Assembly (NCBI GenBank): GCA_963674945.2
Contig: CAXXWQ010000002.1
Coordinates: 256,001-320,000, forward strand
Source: an uncultured Desulfosarcina sp.
GTDB lineage: Bacteria > Desulfobacterota > Desulfobacteria > Desulfobacterales > Desulfosarcinaceae
Reading direction: 5' to 3'
DNA length: 64,000 nucleotides
This document shows positions 1 to 9,877 of this stretch, piece by piece. The translations under genes and the position numbers were made by a program. The notes below the pieces were generated by a model. That model was not told the DNA's origin, did not search any database, and worked only from the letters and a program-made list of their open reading frames with translations. How positions within the stretch are numbered: the first letter of the stretch is position 1; every line of letters starts with the position of its first letter.

Positions 1-1351
1 ATGCCGACTGGTTGATTTTTCCCCTGTTTCGGGAAAGAAGTTCTTTGAGATAGCGTCGCTCGATTTCCGCCAACCCTTTTTCCCGGACCATTGCCAGCGT
101 TTCGGTTGTATTGACGGTGATTTCGGTCATGGGTTCGAAGGTCTCGAAAAGTTCGGATGGAAAGCTCTCAGGCGTCAATTCATATGAGGTTTCGAGAATA
201 TACGCGCGTTCCAACAGATTCTCCAGTTCTCGTATGTTTCCCGGCCAGTCGTAGTTCATCAATGCATCCATGACATCCGGATGGATGGACCGGATCGTCT
301 TGGTGTTGAACTGGTTGAACCGCTTTAAAAAGGCGTTGGCAAAAGAGGGGATGTCCTCTTTGCGTTCGTGAAGCCGGGGGATGTGAATGGGGAAGACGTT
401 GAGCCGGTAGAAGAGGTCCTTTCGAAACTGTCCCTGGTCGCACATCTCTTTCAGGTTAGCATTGGAAGCGGCGATGACCCTTACATTGGCTTCCAGGTTT
501 CGTTCTCCGCCCACCCGCTGGTATATCCCCTCCTGGAGAACGGTGAGGAGTTTTACCTGGGCGGCTTTGGAAATCGTGCCGATTTCATCCAGGAAAATCG
601 TTCCCTGTGAAGCCAATTCAAATTTACCCATTTTCCGTCGGTGGGCGCCGGTGAAGGCGCCCTTTTCGTGCCCGAACAATTCGCTTTCTATCAGCGTGTC
701 CGGGATTGCGCCGCAATGGACGCTGATGAACGGGCCGTTTTTTCGATTACTGTGCCGATGGATGAGTTTGGCGTTGAAATTTTTCCCTGTACCGGTCTCG
801 CCAAGAAGCAGTACGGTCGTCTTCGTGGGGGCGACGGACCGGACATTGTCATACACTGTTTTCATTTTTGGGCTTAACGTCCGGACGATGTCGGACCCGT
901 CTTCTTGCAACAACTGCTCCCGAAGATAGGCCAATTCCGACTGCTGGCGTCGATCCCGCAACATCTCCTCCAGTACCAGTCTGACCTCATGGGCATCCAC
1001 GGGCTGTGTGATATAGTTGCTGGCTCCATTTTTCATGAAGGTGATAGCCCTGCGAATTTCGGTTGTCCTTACGAGGACGACGATGTCCATGAGGGGGCGC
1101 GCCGATTTTAGGTTCCTTATCAAACCTTTCGGATCTTCGTTGGCGTTATAAGCGGCATTGGCGTCACCGTCTGCCGAAAGCCCCTCCAACTGCGAAAGAT
1201 CGATAATGAGGCATTCGCATGGCAGGGTGTCGATATGTTCCCACAACTGATTCGTCGTGTTGGCGACGGCGATGCGGTAATCCGAGGATAGGACGTCACA
1301 AATGGTTTGGCGGGTTTCTCGATTTTGCGTCGATAAAAGGATGGTTTCCAT
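1..1351 (-). CDS. Sigma54-dependent enhancer-binding protein (NtrC/Fis type; atypical receiver-like N-terminus); 3' end runs off the window
   Basis: Not in the ORF track. Manual minus-strand translation from ATG at 1351 (METILLSTQNRE...) gives ESELFGHEKGAFTGA near 641-690 and the start of a Fis-type HTH (ERRYLKELLSRNRGKINQSA) at the window edge. Confidence 0.9.
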   Translation of the reverse strand, partial: METILLSTQNRETRQTICDVLSSDYRIAVANTTNQLWEHIDTLPCECLIIDLSQLEGLSADGDANAAYNANEDPKGLIRNLKSARPLMDIVVLVRTTEIRRAITFMKNGASNYITQPVDAHEVRLVLEEMLRDRRQQSELAYLREQLLQEDGSDIVRTLSPKMKTVYDNVRSVAPTKTTVLLLGETGTGKNFNAKLIHRHSNRKNGPFISVHCGAIPDTLIESELFGHEKGAFTGAHRRKMGKFELASQGTIFLDEIGTISKAAQVKLLTVLQEGIYQRVGGERNLEANVRVIAASNANLKEMCDQGQFRKDLFYRLNVFPIHIPRLHERKEDIPSFANAFLKRFNQFNTKTIRSIHPDVMDALMNYDWPGNIRELENLLERAYILETSYELTPESFPSELFETFEPMTEITVNTTETLAMVREKGLAEIERRYLKELLSRNRGKINQSA

Positions 1352-1698
1352 ATGGGCAAAAGCGGTATATTGTCCATGGACAGAATGCGGCACCGATCCA
1401 AAGATCACCCGCAGACAGGTGCCCGAATGGATCGATCCCACACGATTGCATAGATTTGTTAAAGCAGGGTAATCCCCGCTGTGTCAATATTTATCACGAT
1501 GGGCGGTGCGTGCCTTGCCCATATCGTCGGATGATCGAAACCAACGGTGAGCGCTCAGCTTCTCGTAATTAGCCCGTTTCTATTGAGTACTGATCAACAA
1601 TTTTTTGAAATTATGCTGCTAACAGCCAATCGCTCAATTCGGGAAAACAAGAACCAAAAATTCCGATTCTTTTCAAACCAGAACGGCCACTTCTTGTT

Positions 1699-2064
1699 TC
1701 AATAGCCGATGACTTTTTCGTAGGCCTCCCTGCTGCTCTTGCAGGCGATGCAGAATCTGGCCACCGGACGGGCTTTGAGCCTATTTATGGAAATCGGCTC
1801 TTCACAGTCTTCGCAAATGCCATAGGTACCGGCGTCGATGGCGTTAAGGCTGTTTTTGATTTTACTGATCAGGCGGCTCTCCCGGCTGCGAATGCGATAG
1901 GCGTTGTTTCTGGATAATTCCGATGTGGCGCGGTCCAATGGGTCGGCTTGGGCATCCGGATCGGATCGAACCAACTCCAAGACTGTGTCCTCCGCCTTTT
2001 CAAGCAAGTGCGCCAGTTCCGCCTCGAGTATCTGGCGAAAAAATTCGAGATCTTTCTTTTTCAT
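1699..2064 (-). CDS. dksA: DksA/TraR family RNA-polymerase-binding protein with C4 zinc finger
   Basis: DPLDRA (DxxDxA) coiled-coil tip, YGICEDC...RLKARP...CIACK. ATG at 2064 follows AGAGGA. Confidence 0.88.
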   Translation of the reverse strand: MKKKDLEFFRQILEAELAHLLEKAEDTVLELVRSDPDAQADPLDRATSELSRNNAYRIRSRESRLISKIKNSLNAIDAGTYGICEDCEEPISINRLKARPVARFCIACKSSREAYEKVIGY

Positions 2065-2160
2065 GGCCCATCCTCTCTGTTCGGTGTTTTGGCGTTGACG
2101 CGACCGGTCGATTGCTGCCATCCGATAATCATCATGAAACGGCCGTATCCATCCGTTTTT

Positions 2161-2424
2161 TTACTCCGCATAGGGAAGTGCATCGAGCAACTCAAATTTT
2201 TTGATGTTGATCATGCGGTGCGCTTTCTTGCTCGTTTTCACAAAGCCCACGGTCCGTATCGGTCTGGTCACCAGATCCAGGAAACGTCCGCTGTTTTCAA
2301 TGCGATACTCTTCATCATCCGTGGCAAATAGCGATACCTGGGAAACCTGGTCGTGTTCATCCCATGCACAGGGTGTAACGATGCCGGTTAGGGTTCGTAT
2401 GGAATCATTTGTCTTCTTTTTCAT
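2161..2424 (-). CDS. Small hypothetical protein (87 aa)
   Basis: ATG at 2424 with GAAGGAG RBS; lies between a sigma54 promoter and dksA on the same strand. Confidence 0.7.
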   Translation of the reverse strand: MKKKTNDSIRTLTGIVTPCAWDEHDQVSQVSLFATDDEEYRIENSGRFLDLVTRPIRTVGFVKTSKKAHRMINIKKFELLDALPYAE

Positions 2425-2453
2425 GGTGACTCCTTCGGGTTTGTTCGCATACG

Positions 2454-2469
2454 AGCAATAGATGGGCCA
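2454..2469 (-). promoter_or_regulatory. Sigma54 (-24/-12) promoter
   Basis: Minus strand reads TGGCCCATCTATTGCT: GG and GC at canonical spacing, about 30 nt upstream of the 2424 start. Confidence 0.7.
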
Positions 2470-2757
2470 AAAATATAACATGTTTAAATCATATTAAATA
2501 TTTGATAAGTTTGGGGCTCGTGATGGCAAAGGGCCCAAAAATCGGAATCAATGGTTCCGAATTTTTTCCCGGTTCGCCATCCGAAATGGTGAAGTGGGAA
2601 AAGTAACGGGAGGATTTTTTCTAACCATTCGTGATGATTGATAAAATAAAAAAGAAAAAAATGTCTGATATCGGAGACATCTGTCATGGAATTTGCTATG
2701 GACGTTTTTTAACATGATTGGACCGATCCGTGTCCATGGCACCAGAAAAGGGGCGGA

Positions 2758-3858
2758 ATGATGTCTACGGGAAACGATCATATCACGGAGCCGTTTGGTC
2801 TGATGGACGGGGCATCCGGAATGTTTGCGCAGATTCAACAGGACGTGAACCGGCAGCGGGAAATCACCATCGATTCTTCCCAGCCACTGGAAATGCGGTT
2901 GGAAGCCTACGAAGATATCATCGATTCGGAGGTCGGCGACACCGCGTTTATCCGGGCGCGCAATATCGAGCGGGAGACCGGCCTTCGCCAGATTTTTCTG
3001 AAGTTCGAAGGAGGCAATCCCACCGGTACGCAAAAGGACCGAATCGCCTTTGCCCAGGCCATGGATGCGCTGCGACGCGGATTCGATACCATCTCGGTGG
3101 CCACCTGCGGTAACTTCGGGGTGGCCCAGGCATTGGCAGCGTCCCTTGCCGGCATTCGTTGCGTGGTTTTTATTCCTAAAAATTACCATACCCGGCGTGT
3201 CGGTGAGATAGAAGCGTTGGGTGCACGGATCGAGCGGGTGGGAGAGGATTACGAGGAGGCGGTGAAGGCAGCCGTAAAGCGGGCGGAAAAAGAGGACTGG
3301 TACGACGCCAATCCCGGCGGTCGCAATACGATCTTGCAATTGGGGGCCTACGGCGGCATCTCCTATGAGTTGTACGACGAACTGGGCGATGCGCCGGCCG
3401 CGGTTGCCGCACCGGTCTCCAACGGAACCACATTCGCCGGAATATTCAAAGGATTTGCCAGCTTGTACCGACGGGGCAAGACCTCCCGCATGCCAAAGAT
3501 GGTGGCGGGGTCCTCTTTCAGGAAGAATCCCATCATTCAGGCGGCTCTTAAGAACAAGCCCGCCTGCGAGGACCTCAAACCGGATCGAATTCGGGAAACG
3601 CAGGTCAACGAACCGCTGATCAACTGGCATGCCATCGACGGCAACCTGGCCCTGCGCGCCATTCGCGAAACTGACGGATGGGCCGGTGACGCATCGGACA
3701 AGTCCATGCGCTGGTGTTCCAAATTGATTCGCGAAAGAGAAGGGCTGGATGTCCTGCCCGCCTCCACGGCCGGACTCATCGCCCTCATCGAGCGTCACAA
3801 AACCAATCCTTTGCCCAACGACAGATACGTTGTCGTGTTGACGGGGAGAAAATCATGA
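2758..3858 (+). CDS. PLP-dependent fold-type II enzyme, threonine-synthase-like
   Basis: LKFEGGNPTGTQKDR (Schiff-base Lys), ATCGNFG, PVSNGTT, PASTAGL, VVVLTG. Confidence 0.85.
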   Translation: MMSTGNDHITEPFGLMDGASGMFAQIQQDVNRQREITIDSSQPLEMRLEAYEDIIDSEVGDTAFIRARNIERETGLRQIFLKFEGGNPTGTQKDRIAFAQAMDALRRGFDTISVATCGNFGVAQALAASLAGIRCVVFIPKNYHTRRVGEIEALGARIERVGEDYEEAVKAAVKRAEKEDWYDANPGGRNTILQLGAYGGISYELYDELGDAPAAVAAPVSNGTTFAGIFKGFASLYRRGKTSRMPKMVAGSSFRKNPIIQAALKNKPACEDLKPDRIRETQVNEPLINWHAIDGNLALRAIRETDGWAGDASDKSMRWCSKLIREREGLDVLPASTAGLIALIERHKTNPLPNDRYVVVLTGRKS

Positions 3859-4934
3859 GACCGGAAGGAAACGCCATCGTCTATTGTGAAGGCGCATTTG
3901 CCACCCTGAACGGCAAAACGGCACACGGCCTGGTGCGTTTTTGCCGAAGATACCGGATTATCGCCGTGGTGGATACCCGTTACGCGGGAGCCGATGCCGG
4001 AGAAGTCCTGGACGGTAAGAAGAACGGGATCTCCGTGGTGGGATCCATCGAGGCGGCCGTGGACATGGCAGATCGTGCCGGAACCAAGGCCACCCACCTG
4101 GTGATCGGCATCGCGCCGGACGGCGGGCGTTTGTCGAAAGATGCCCGCCAGGATGTGGTCCGGGCCATCGGTCTCGGATTGAACGTGGACTGCGGCCTCC
4201 ATGATTTTCTGTCCGAAGACAATGAGATCGCGGAAAAGGCCCGTGAGTGCGGTGTCAGCCTCCGGGATATCCGCAAGCCACCGCAGCGAAAGGATCTTCA
4301 CTTTTTTTCCGGCAGGATCGAATCGGTACAGGCGCTTACAATCGCCATCCTGGGAACCGATTCGGCCGTGGGCAAACGGACAACGGCCTGGCTTCTGGTG
4401 CAGGCGCTGGAGAGGCGCGGTTACCGGGCCGAGATGATCGGAACCGGGCAGACCGCGTGGATGCAGGGAGCGCGCTACGGAATGATTCTGGATTCCCTGG
4501 TCAACGATTTTGTCTCCGGTGAGATCGAACATGCCGTTTGCCGGGCCTGGGAGGAACAGCGACCTGACGTCATCGTCATCGAAGGGCAGGGAAGCTTGAT
4601 GAACCCGGCCTACCCGGGCGGTTTCGAGATACTGGCGGCGGGGCGGCCGGACATCGTAATTCTGCAACACGCCCCGGCCCGGAGAGACTACGACGGTTTT
4701 CCCGGCTATCCCATTCACCCCCTGTCCAGGCAGATTCAGGCCATCGAGATCCTGTCGGGAAAGCCGGTTGTTGCCGTTACCATTAACCATGAAAATCTTT
4801 CCGACGAACAGATCCCTTCGATTCTGGGTGCCATCGAGACGGTGGTGGGGCTCCCGGCATTCGATTCCCTTCGCGACGGGGGGGACTCGTTGGCCGAGGT
4901 ATTGGTTCCCCGTATTCCGAAAGGAGAACGTTGA
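3855..4934 (+). CDS. DUF1611 family protein (DgcN-like putative N-acetyltransferase, P-loop C-terminal domain)
   Basis: GKTAHGLVR, GIAPDGG, GLHDFL, GTDSAVGKRTT, TGQT, IEGQGSL motifs. ATG at 3855 overlaps the upstream stop (ATGA). Confidence 0.88.
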   Translation: MRPEGNAIVYCEGAFATLNGKTAHGLVRFCRRYRIIAVVDTRYAGADAGEVLDGKKNGISVVGSIEAAVDMADRAGTKATHLVIGIAPDGGRLSKDARQDVVRAIGLGLNVDCGLHDFLSEDNEIAEKARECGVSLRDIRKPPQRKDLHFFSGRIESVQALTIAILGTDSAVGKRTTAWLLVQALERRGYRAEMIGTGQTAWMQGARYGMILDSLVNDFVSGEIEHAVCRAWEEQRPDVIVIEGQGSLMNPAYPGGFEILAAGRPDIVILQHAPARRDYDGFPGYPIHPLSRQIQAIEILSGKPVVAVTINHENLSDEQIPSILGAIETVVGLPAFDSLRDGGDSLAEVLVPRIPKGER

Positions 4935-4936
4935 CC

Positions 4937-7297
4937 ATGTCGGATGATACTTCTACGATTTCTTCTTTCGACGACCCATTGGAAACGCTCGTTGTTTTCG
5001 ATCGGTTGGTGGTCGGCCCCGTAAAGCTGTCGCCTCGCCGGCTGGTGGCCCCCTATCGCCTGGAATGGGATGGAAAAACGGAACAGACGGAACTGATCTA
5101 CAATTACGAAGAGGATGTATTCGATCGCCGATCACCTGAATCAAGGAACCTGGCCGCCATGATCGCCGCCCAGGTGGCCCTGAATTACGGTCTCTTCTGT
5201 CGCAAGATTGTCTTCCATGGACACTTCGATAAAACCGACCGTCAATTTCTCCGTGAGATGGCCGAAAATACCGCCCGGGAGATTTTCGTAAAGAAGTTTA
5301 TAGAGCCCAATCCCTTTCTGGTGGGTGACGCGGTGGGGCTGCCGGCAGTCAAGCCCAGGGCCTATCTTAGGGCGAAACTTTACTTTCCTGAAAAGGTTCG
5401 CGGTGATGGATTTCACAGGTGGAAGACGGATAAGGGCCGCTACTGTGTACTTTCTTCCGGTGGCAAGGACAGCCTGCTCAGTTATGGCCTGCTCGACGAA
5501 CTGGGAAAAGACGTCCATCCGATTTTCGTCAACGAGTCGGGGCGTCACTGGTTCACCGCCTTGAATGCCTATCGCCATTTCCGGGACAATATCGCCAACA
5601 CGGCCCGGGTCTGGGTCAATGCCGACCGTCTCTATGCCTGGATGCTCCGCAGGATGCCCTTTATCCGAAAAGACTTCTCCAGTGTTCGTGCGGACGAATA
5701 TCCCATCAGACTTTGGACGGTGGCGGTGTTTCTCTTCGGTGTTCTTCCATTGATGCGTAAACGGGAGGTGGGGAGCCTCGTCATCGGAGACGAATTCGAT
5801 ACCTCCCGGCGGATCACCACCTCCGGTATTCGCCACTATGACGGATTGTACGATCAGAGCATCTGGTTCGATCAGCAGCTTACCCGATATTTCCATCACA
5901 AAGGGTGGTCCATCGTCCAATTCTCCCTATTGCGGCCCCTTTCCGAACTCTTGATCGAGAAAATTCTGGTCAAGCGCTATCCCCATCTCCAGACACATCA
6001 GATGTCCTGCCATGCCACCCACAAGGACGCAGAACGCGTCTTGCCGTGCGGCAGATGCGAAAAATGCCGTCGCATCGTAGGCATGCTCACCGCACTGGGA
6101 GAAGATCCCGGCCGATGTGGCTATACCGTTCAGCAGGTGGCGGATTGCTTTGCCGCCCTGTTCGAAAAGGGCCTCTACAGCCAACCCTCGGCAGAGGCGG
6201 GACACCTGTTTTTTTTACTGTCACGATCGGCTGCGGCAGTGTCCATGCCCGCCGATGTCGCAAGATCCGGCAGGGCATGCCCTGAAATCATGCAGTTGCG
6301 TTTCGATCCCAAGGTCTCTCCCATGGATGGTATCCCTCTGGATCTGCGGGCGGCGTTGTATGCTCTGTTCCTCGACCATGCCGATGGCGCGGTTCAGCGC
6401 CGCGGGTCCGCCTGGCAGGCGGTGGATGCGTTGTCCCATCCGGATTTGAAAAATCCCTTCGGTTTCGAATCGACACAGGGTGAGAAAAAGTCGATTTTTC
6501 AGTCAGAGGCGGCCATGGACACCTATTTCTGGGGAGAGTTGTGCTGGCCTGATGCCGACAATCGACTTCAGATCGTGGATACGGCACTTTTACCGGTGGG
6601 AGCCATCGAACAGCACGGCCCTCATCTGCCCCTGGACACGGACGCCCACGATGCGGCCTATCTGGCCAGGCGGGTGGCAGAGGATTGCAGTGATCCCAAA
6701 CCGCTGGTGCTCCCCCTCATCGCCTACGGCGTATCCTATCATCACGAGGCGTTCAAGGGCACCATCAGCATCAACAACGACACCTTGTCCCAGCTGGTAT
6801 ACGACGTGGGGATCAGCCTGGCCAAAAACGGCATCCAGAAACTGGTGATCATCAACGGTCATGGGGGAAACGCCCCTTCGTTGAACTTCGCCGCCCAGCG
6901 CATCAACCAGGATGCCCGCATCTTCGTCTGTGTGGATACCGGCGAGACCAGCGATGTGGACGTGGACGACCTCATCGAGACACCCAACGATGTCCACGCC
7001 GGGGAGATCGAGACCAGCACGAGCCTTGCCAATCGGCCGGAAGGAGTGCGCATGGATCGTCTTCACATGGAGGTTCCCGAATTTACCAGTCGTTATCTGG
7101 ATTTTTCTTCCAAGCGAGGGGTCGCCTGGTATGCTCATACCCACAAAATATCCAACAGCGGTGTCATGGGGGATCCCACCAAGGCCAGTGTCGAGAAGGG
7201 AGAGAAAATTTGGGCCGCCATGGTCGGGCATCTGGTGAATTTCGTGGATCAGATCAAGAGTATGACGCTTGAAGAGATCTACCAGAAGAAATATTGA
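4937..7297 (+). CDS. Fusion protein: N-terminal PP-loop (HUP) ATP pyrophosphatase with Cys cluster, plus C-terminal creatininase/MftE-family amidohydrolase
   Basis: LSSGGKDS and SCH...CGRCEKC in the N-terminal part; [39 protein letters not shown] in the last ~260 aa. AAGGAG RBS upstream. Confidence 0.82.
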   Translation: MSDDTSTISSFDDPLETLVVFDRLVVGPVKLSPRRLVAPYRLEWDGKTEQTELIYNYEEDVFDRRSPESRNLAAMIAAQVALNYGLFCRKIVFHGHFDKTDRQFLREMAENTAREIFVKKFIEPNPFLVGDAVGLPAVKPRAYLRAKLYFPEKVRGDGFHRWKTDKGRYCVLSSGGKDSLLSYGLLDELGKDVHPIFVNESGRHWFTALNAYRHFRDNIANTARVWVNADRLYAWMLRRMPFIRKDFSSVRADEYPIRLWTVAVFLFGVLPLMRKREVGSLVIGDEFDTSRRITTSGIRHYDGLYDQSIWFDQQLTRYFHHKGWSIVQFSLLRPLSELLIEKILVKRYPHLQTHQMSCHATHKDAERVLPCGRCEKCRRIVGMLTALGEDPGRCGYTVQQVADCFAALFEKGLYSQPSAEAGHLFFLLSRSAAAVSMPADVARSGRACPEIMQLRFDPKVSPMDGIPLDLRAALYALFLDHADGAVQRRGSAWQAVDALSHPDLKNPFGFESTQGEKKSIFQSEAAMDTYFWGELCWPDADNRLQIVDTALLPVGAIEQHGPHLPLDTDAHDAAYLARRVAEDCSDPKPLVLPLIAYGVSYHHEAFKGTISINNDTLSQLVYDVGISLAKNGIQKLVIINGHGGNAPSLNFAAQRINQDARIFVCVDTGETSDVDVDDLIETPNDVHAGEIETSTSLANRPEGVRMDRLHMEVPEFTSRYLDFSSKRGVAWYAHTHKISNSGVMGDPTKASVEKGEKIWAAMVGHLVNFVDQIKSMTLEEIYQKKY

Positions 7298-7299
7298 AC

Positions 7300-8367
7300 A
7301 TGAGAATTAAGAGATTAGAAGCCTGGCCGGTCACCATGAGACTGGCAGAACCGTATACCATCGCCTACGAAACGATTACCTCGGCCACAAACGTGTTTCT
7401 GCGGATCGAGACCACCAGCGGCATCGTCGGGTATGGGTGTTCGGCACCGGATGCGGCGGTGACCGGAGAGACCGCCGAAACGGTAATGGATGCCCATCGC
7501 CGGGTCATCGACCCAGCCTTTACGGGTTCCGATCCCCTGCGACCGGTCATGCTGACCGAGCGGATTCGCTCCCAACTGAAAGCTGAGCCCGCGGCCATGG
7601 CCATGGCGGACATGGCTCTTTTCGACATCATGGGAAAAGTAGCCGGTCTTCCTCTTTTCCGAATGCTGGGGGGATATCGGGATCGCATGCGTACCAGCGT
7701 CACCATCGGGATTCTTCCCGTCCGCGAAACCGTGGACAGGGCATCGGCATACGTGAGCCAGGGCTTTCGGGCGTTGAAGATCAAGGGGGGCGGTGACGTG
7801 GACCTGGACATCGAGCGGATGCTCCGGGTGCGGGAATCCGTGGGTGAGAAGATCGCGCTTCGTTTCGACGCCAACCAGGGGTATGACGAGGCGGACACCC
7901 TTCGTTTCGTCATCGCAGTGCGGCCGGTGCGGCTGGAACTGTTGGAACAGCCCACGCCTCGGGCCAAAGAGCGTCTTTTGGGGAGGGTAACCCGGCAGGT
8001 GACCCTTCCCGTCATGGCCGACGAGAGCCTCATGAATCTTTCGGATGCCCTTCGGTTGGCGAGAAGAGAGATCGTAGACATGGTCAACATCAAACTCATG
8101 AAGGTGGGCGGAATCAACGAGGCCCTCAAGATCAACGCCGTAGCCCGCGCAGCCGACCTGGATGTGATGGTCGGCTGCATGGATGAATCGGCCTTTGCCA
8201 TTGCCGCCGGGCTTCATTTTGCCCTGGCACGGCCCAATGTCGCCTATGCGGACCTGGACGGTCATCTGGATCTCGTGGAGGATCCCGCTTTTGGTGCCGT
8301 CATTTTGAAAAAAGGGATCTTGTATCCCACGGGGCGACCAGGGATCGGTCTGGATCCCCGTCATTGA
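7300..8367 (+). CDS. Enolase-superfamily dipeptide epimerase (L-Ala-D/L-Glu epimerase / DgcA-like)
   Basis: LKIK, FDANQG, EQP, MADES, NIKLMK, GCMDE, DLDG motifs. Confidence 0.88.
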   Translation: MRIKRLEAWPVTMRLAEPYTIAYETITSATNVFLRIETTSGIVGYGCSAPDAAVTGETAETVMDAHRRVIDPAFTGSDPLRPVMLTERIRSQLKAEPAAMAMADMALFDIMGKVAGLPLFRMLGGYRDRMRTSVTIGILPVRETVDRASAYVSQGFRALKIKGGGDVDLDIERMLRVRESVGEKIALRFDANQGYDEADTLRFVIAVRPVRLELLEQPTPRAKERLLGRVTRQVTLPVMADESLMNLSDALRLARREIVDMVNIKLMKVGGINEALKINAVARAADLDVMVGCMDESAFAIAAGLHFALARPNVAYADLDGHLDLVEDPAFGAVILKKGILYPTGRPGIGLDPRH

Positions 8368-8490
8368 CGACTTCGGTAAAAATCCGATATCTGCGTTATG
8401 CTTCATCCCTCGTCACTGCGGCGTATTTATGTATACGACTCATTCCTCGGGATTCGCAAGCCTTGCTCTCGGACTTTTATCGAAGTCGTT
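8365..8490. repeat. Family A inverted-repeat element (MITE/ERIC-like), complete copy
   Basis: GACGACTTCGGTAAAAATCCGA ... TCGGACTTTTATCGAAGTCGTT termini; related copies at 29203, 41932 and 57990. Confidence 0.8.
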
Positions 8491-8544
8491 CAAAATCAAT
8501 TTCGTTTGTATCGTTACTTTGAACGAGGAAAAGAGAAGATAGAC

Positions 8545-9807
8545 ATGATCCAAGCCATGGGCGCCTTCGGCAGTTTGTTCGCCGCTGTTTTTATGTTATT
8601 GACCGGAAACGGTCTGCTCAACACCTTACTCAGTACGCGGATGGCCATGGACGGGTATCCCATGGTCACCATGGGTGTCGTCCTCTCCTGCTATTTTTCG
8701 GGGCTGTTGGCCGGTTCATTCGTCTGCCATCGTCTCATTCAACGGATCGGGCACATTCGCGCCTTTGCCGTCTTCGCAGCCGGTACAACAGTCATAGCTC
8801 TCTCACATGGACTATTTCTGTCTGCTTGGGTTTGGGGTGGGCTGCGCTTTTTCTGCGGTGTCACCTCCTTCGGACTGTTCATGACCATAGAAAGCTGGCT
8901 CAACGAATGCACCGATTCGGGATATCGGGGGCGGGTTTTCTCCATCTATATGATTCTCTGCTATTTGGGCATCGGCGTCGGTCAGCAGCTCCTCAATGCC
9001 GGGGACATCCAGGGTAACGAGCTTTTCCTCATCGCCGGGATCATCTTCGCCCTGTGCCTGATTCCCGTGGCGGCCACCGAAGGTGTGCATCCGAAGTTAC
9101 CCGGTCGAGCACGGTTCAGTTTTACAGCCATTTTTCGAAGGGCACCCTTGGGCATGCTTGGCAGCGTGGCTGCCGGGCTCACCAATAGTGCCTTTTACGC
9201 CATGATGCCGGTGGTGTGCAACGCCGTGGGCCTGAGCCATCATCAGCTCTCCTGGATCATGTCCATCACGGTATTTGCCGGCCTGTCCGCCCAATGGATC
9301 GTTGGGGCCGTTTCGGACCGGTTTGACCGAACCCTGGTCCTTACCATTGTTGTTATCGCCATCGTGGCAGTCAGTGGATTCATGTTCATCTACAAAGATT
9401 CCTCGTTTGTTGGACTGGCTTTCAAAATGGCGCTGGTCGGCGCCCTCATCTTTTCCGTCTATCCACTTGCCGTGGCCCGGACCCACGATATCTTCGGTGG
9501 TCAGGATGCGGTTGCCGTCAGCACCGGCCTGTTGTTCGCCTATAGTATCGGAGCCAGCGTGAGCCCTCTCCTTGCGTCGGGGATGATGACCCTGGTTCAC
9601 ACGCCGTTGGGTCTTTTCGCCTTCTGGTGCTTGGTTTATAGTATTTTTACCGGGTTCATCTTCTATTTGAGAAAAAAGGAAAAAATAGAAATCGTACCTG
9701 TGGATGATCAGGTCTCCTTCGTTCCGATGAAGAGTACCTCTCCGGTGGCCATGGTACTGGATCCGCGAACCGATCCTGAGGATGATGGTAAAGAGCATTT
9801 AGTGTGA
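8545..9807 (+). CDS. MFS transporter (YcaD-like)
   Basis: About 12 hydrophobic segments; RIGHIRAF, IESWLN...RGRVFSIY, GAVSDRFDR. Confidence 0.88.
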   Translation: MIQAMGAFGSLFAAVFMLLTGNGLLNTLLSTRMAMDGYPMVTMGVVLSCYFSGLLAGSFVCHRLIQRIGHIRAFAVFAAGTTVIALSHGLFLSAWVWGGLRFFCGVTSFGLFMTIESWLNECTDSGYRGRVFSIYMILCYLGIGVGQQLLNAGDIQGNELFLIAGIIFALCLIPVAATEGVHPKLPGRARFSFTAIFRRAPLGMLGSVAAGLTNSAFYAMMPVVCNAVGLSHHQLSWIMSITVFAGLSAQWIVGAVSDRFDRTLVLTIVVIAIVAVSGFMFIYKDSSFVGLAFKMALVGALIFSVYPLAVARTHDIFGGQDAVAVSTGLLFAYSIGASVSPLLASGMMTLVHTPLGLFAFWCLVYSIFTGFIFYLRKKEKIEIVPVDDQVSFVPMKSTSPVAMVLDPRTDPEDDGKEHLV

Positions 9808-9877
9808 GATGGTTCATCTTGTCCTACATAGCATGGTTGAAAAGAGAGTATTGAACAGCCGAATTCGCAGGCTCCCG

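Noticed and set aside
2548..8406. Long antisense ORFs (e.g. 2548-3798, 3795-4790, 7315-8406; similarly 42689-43876 and 46055-47758)
   Set aside because: Shadow frames of well-supported genes in GC-rich DNA, with no recognisable motifs.
2758..9807. Mycofactocin or queuosine (QueC) biosynthesis cluster
   Set aside because: No precursor peptide, radical SAM or queD/E/F genes; only individual folds are shared.
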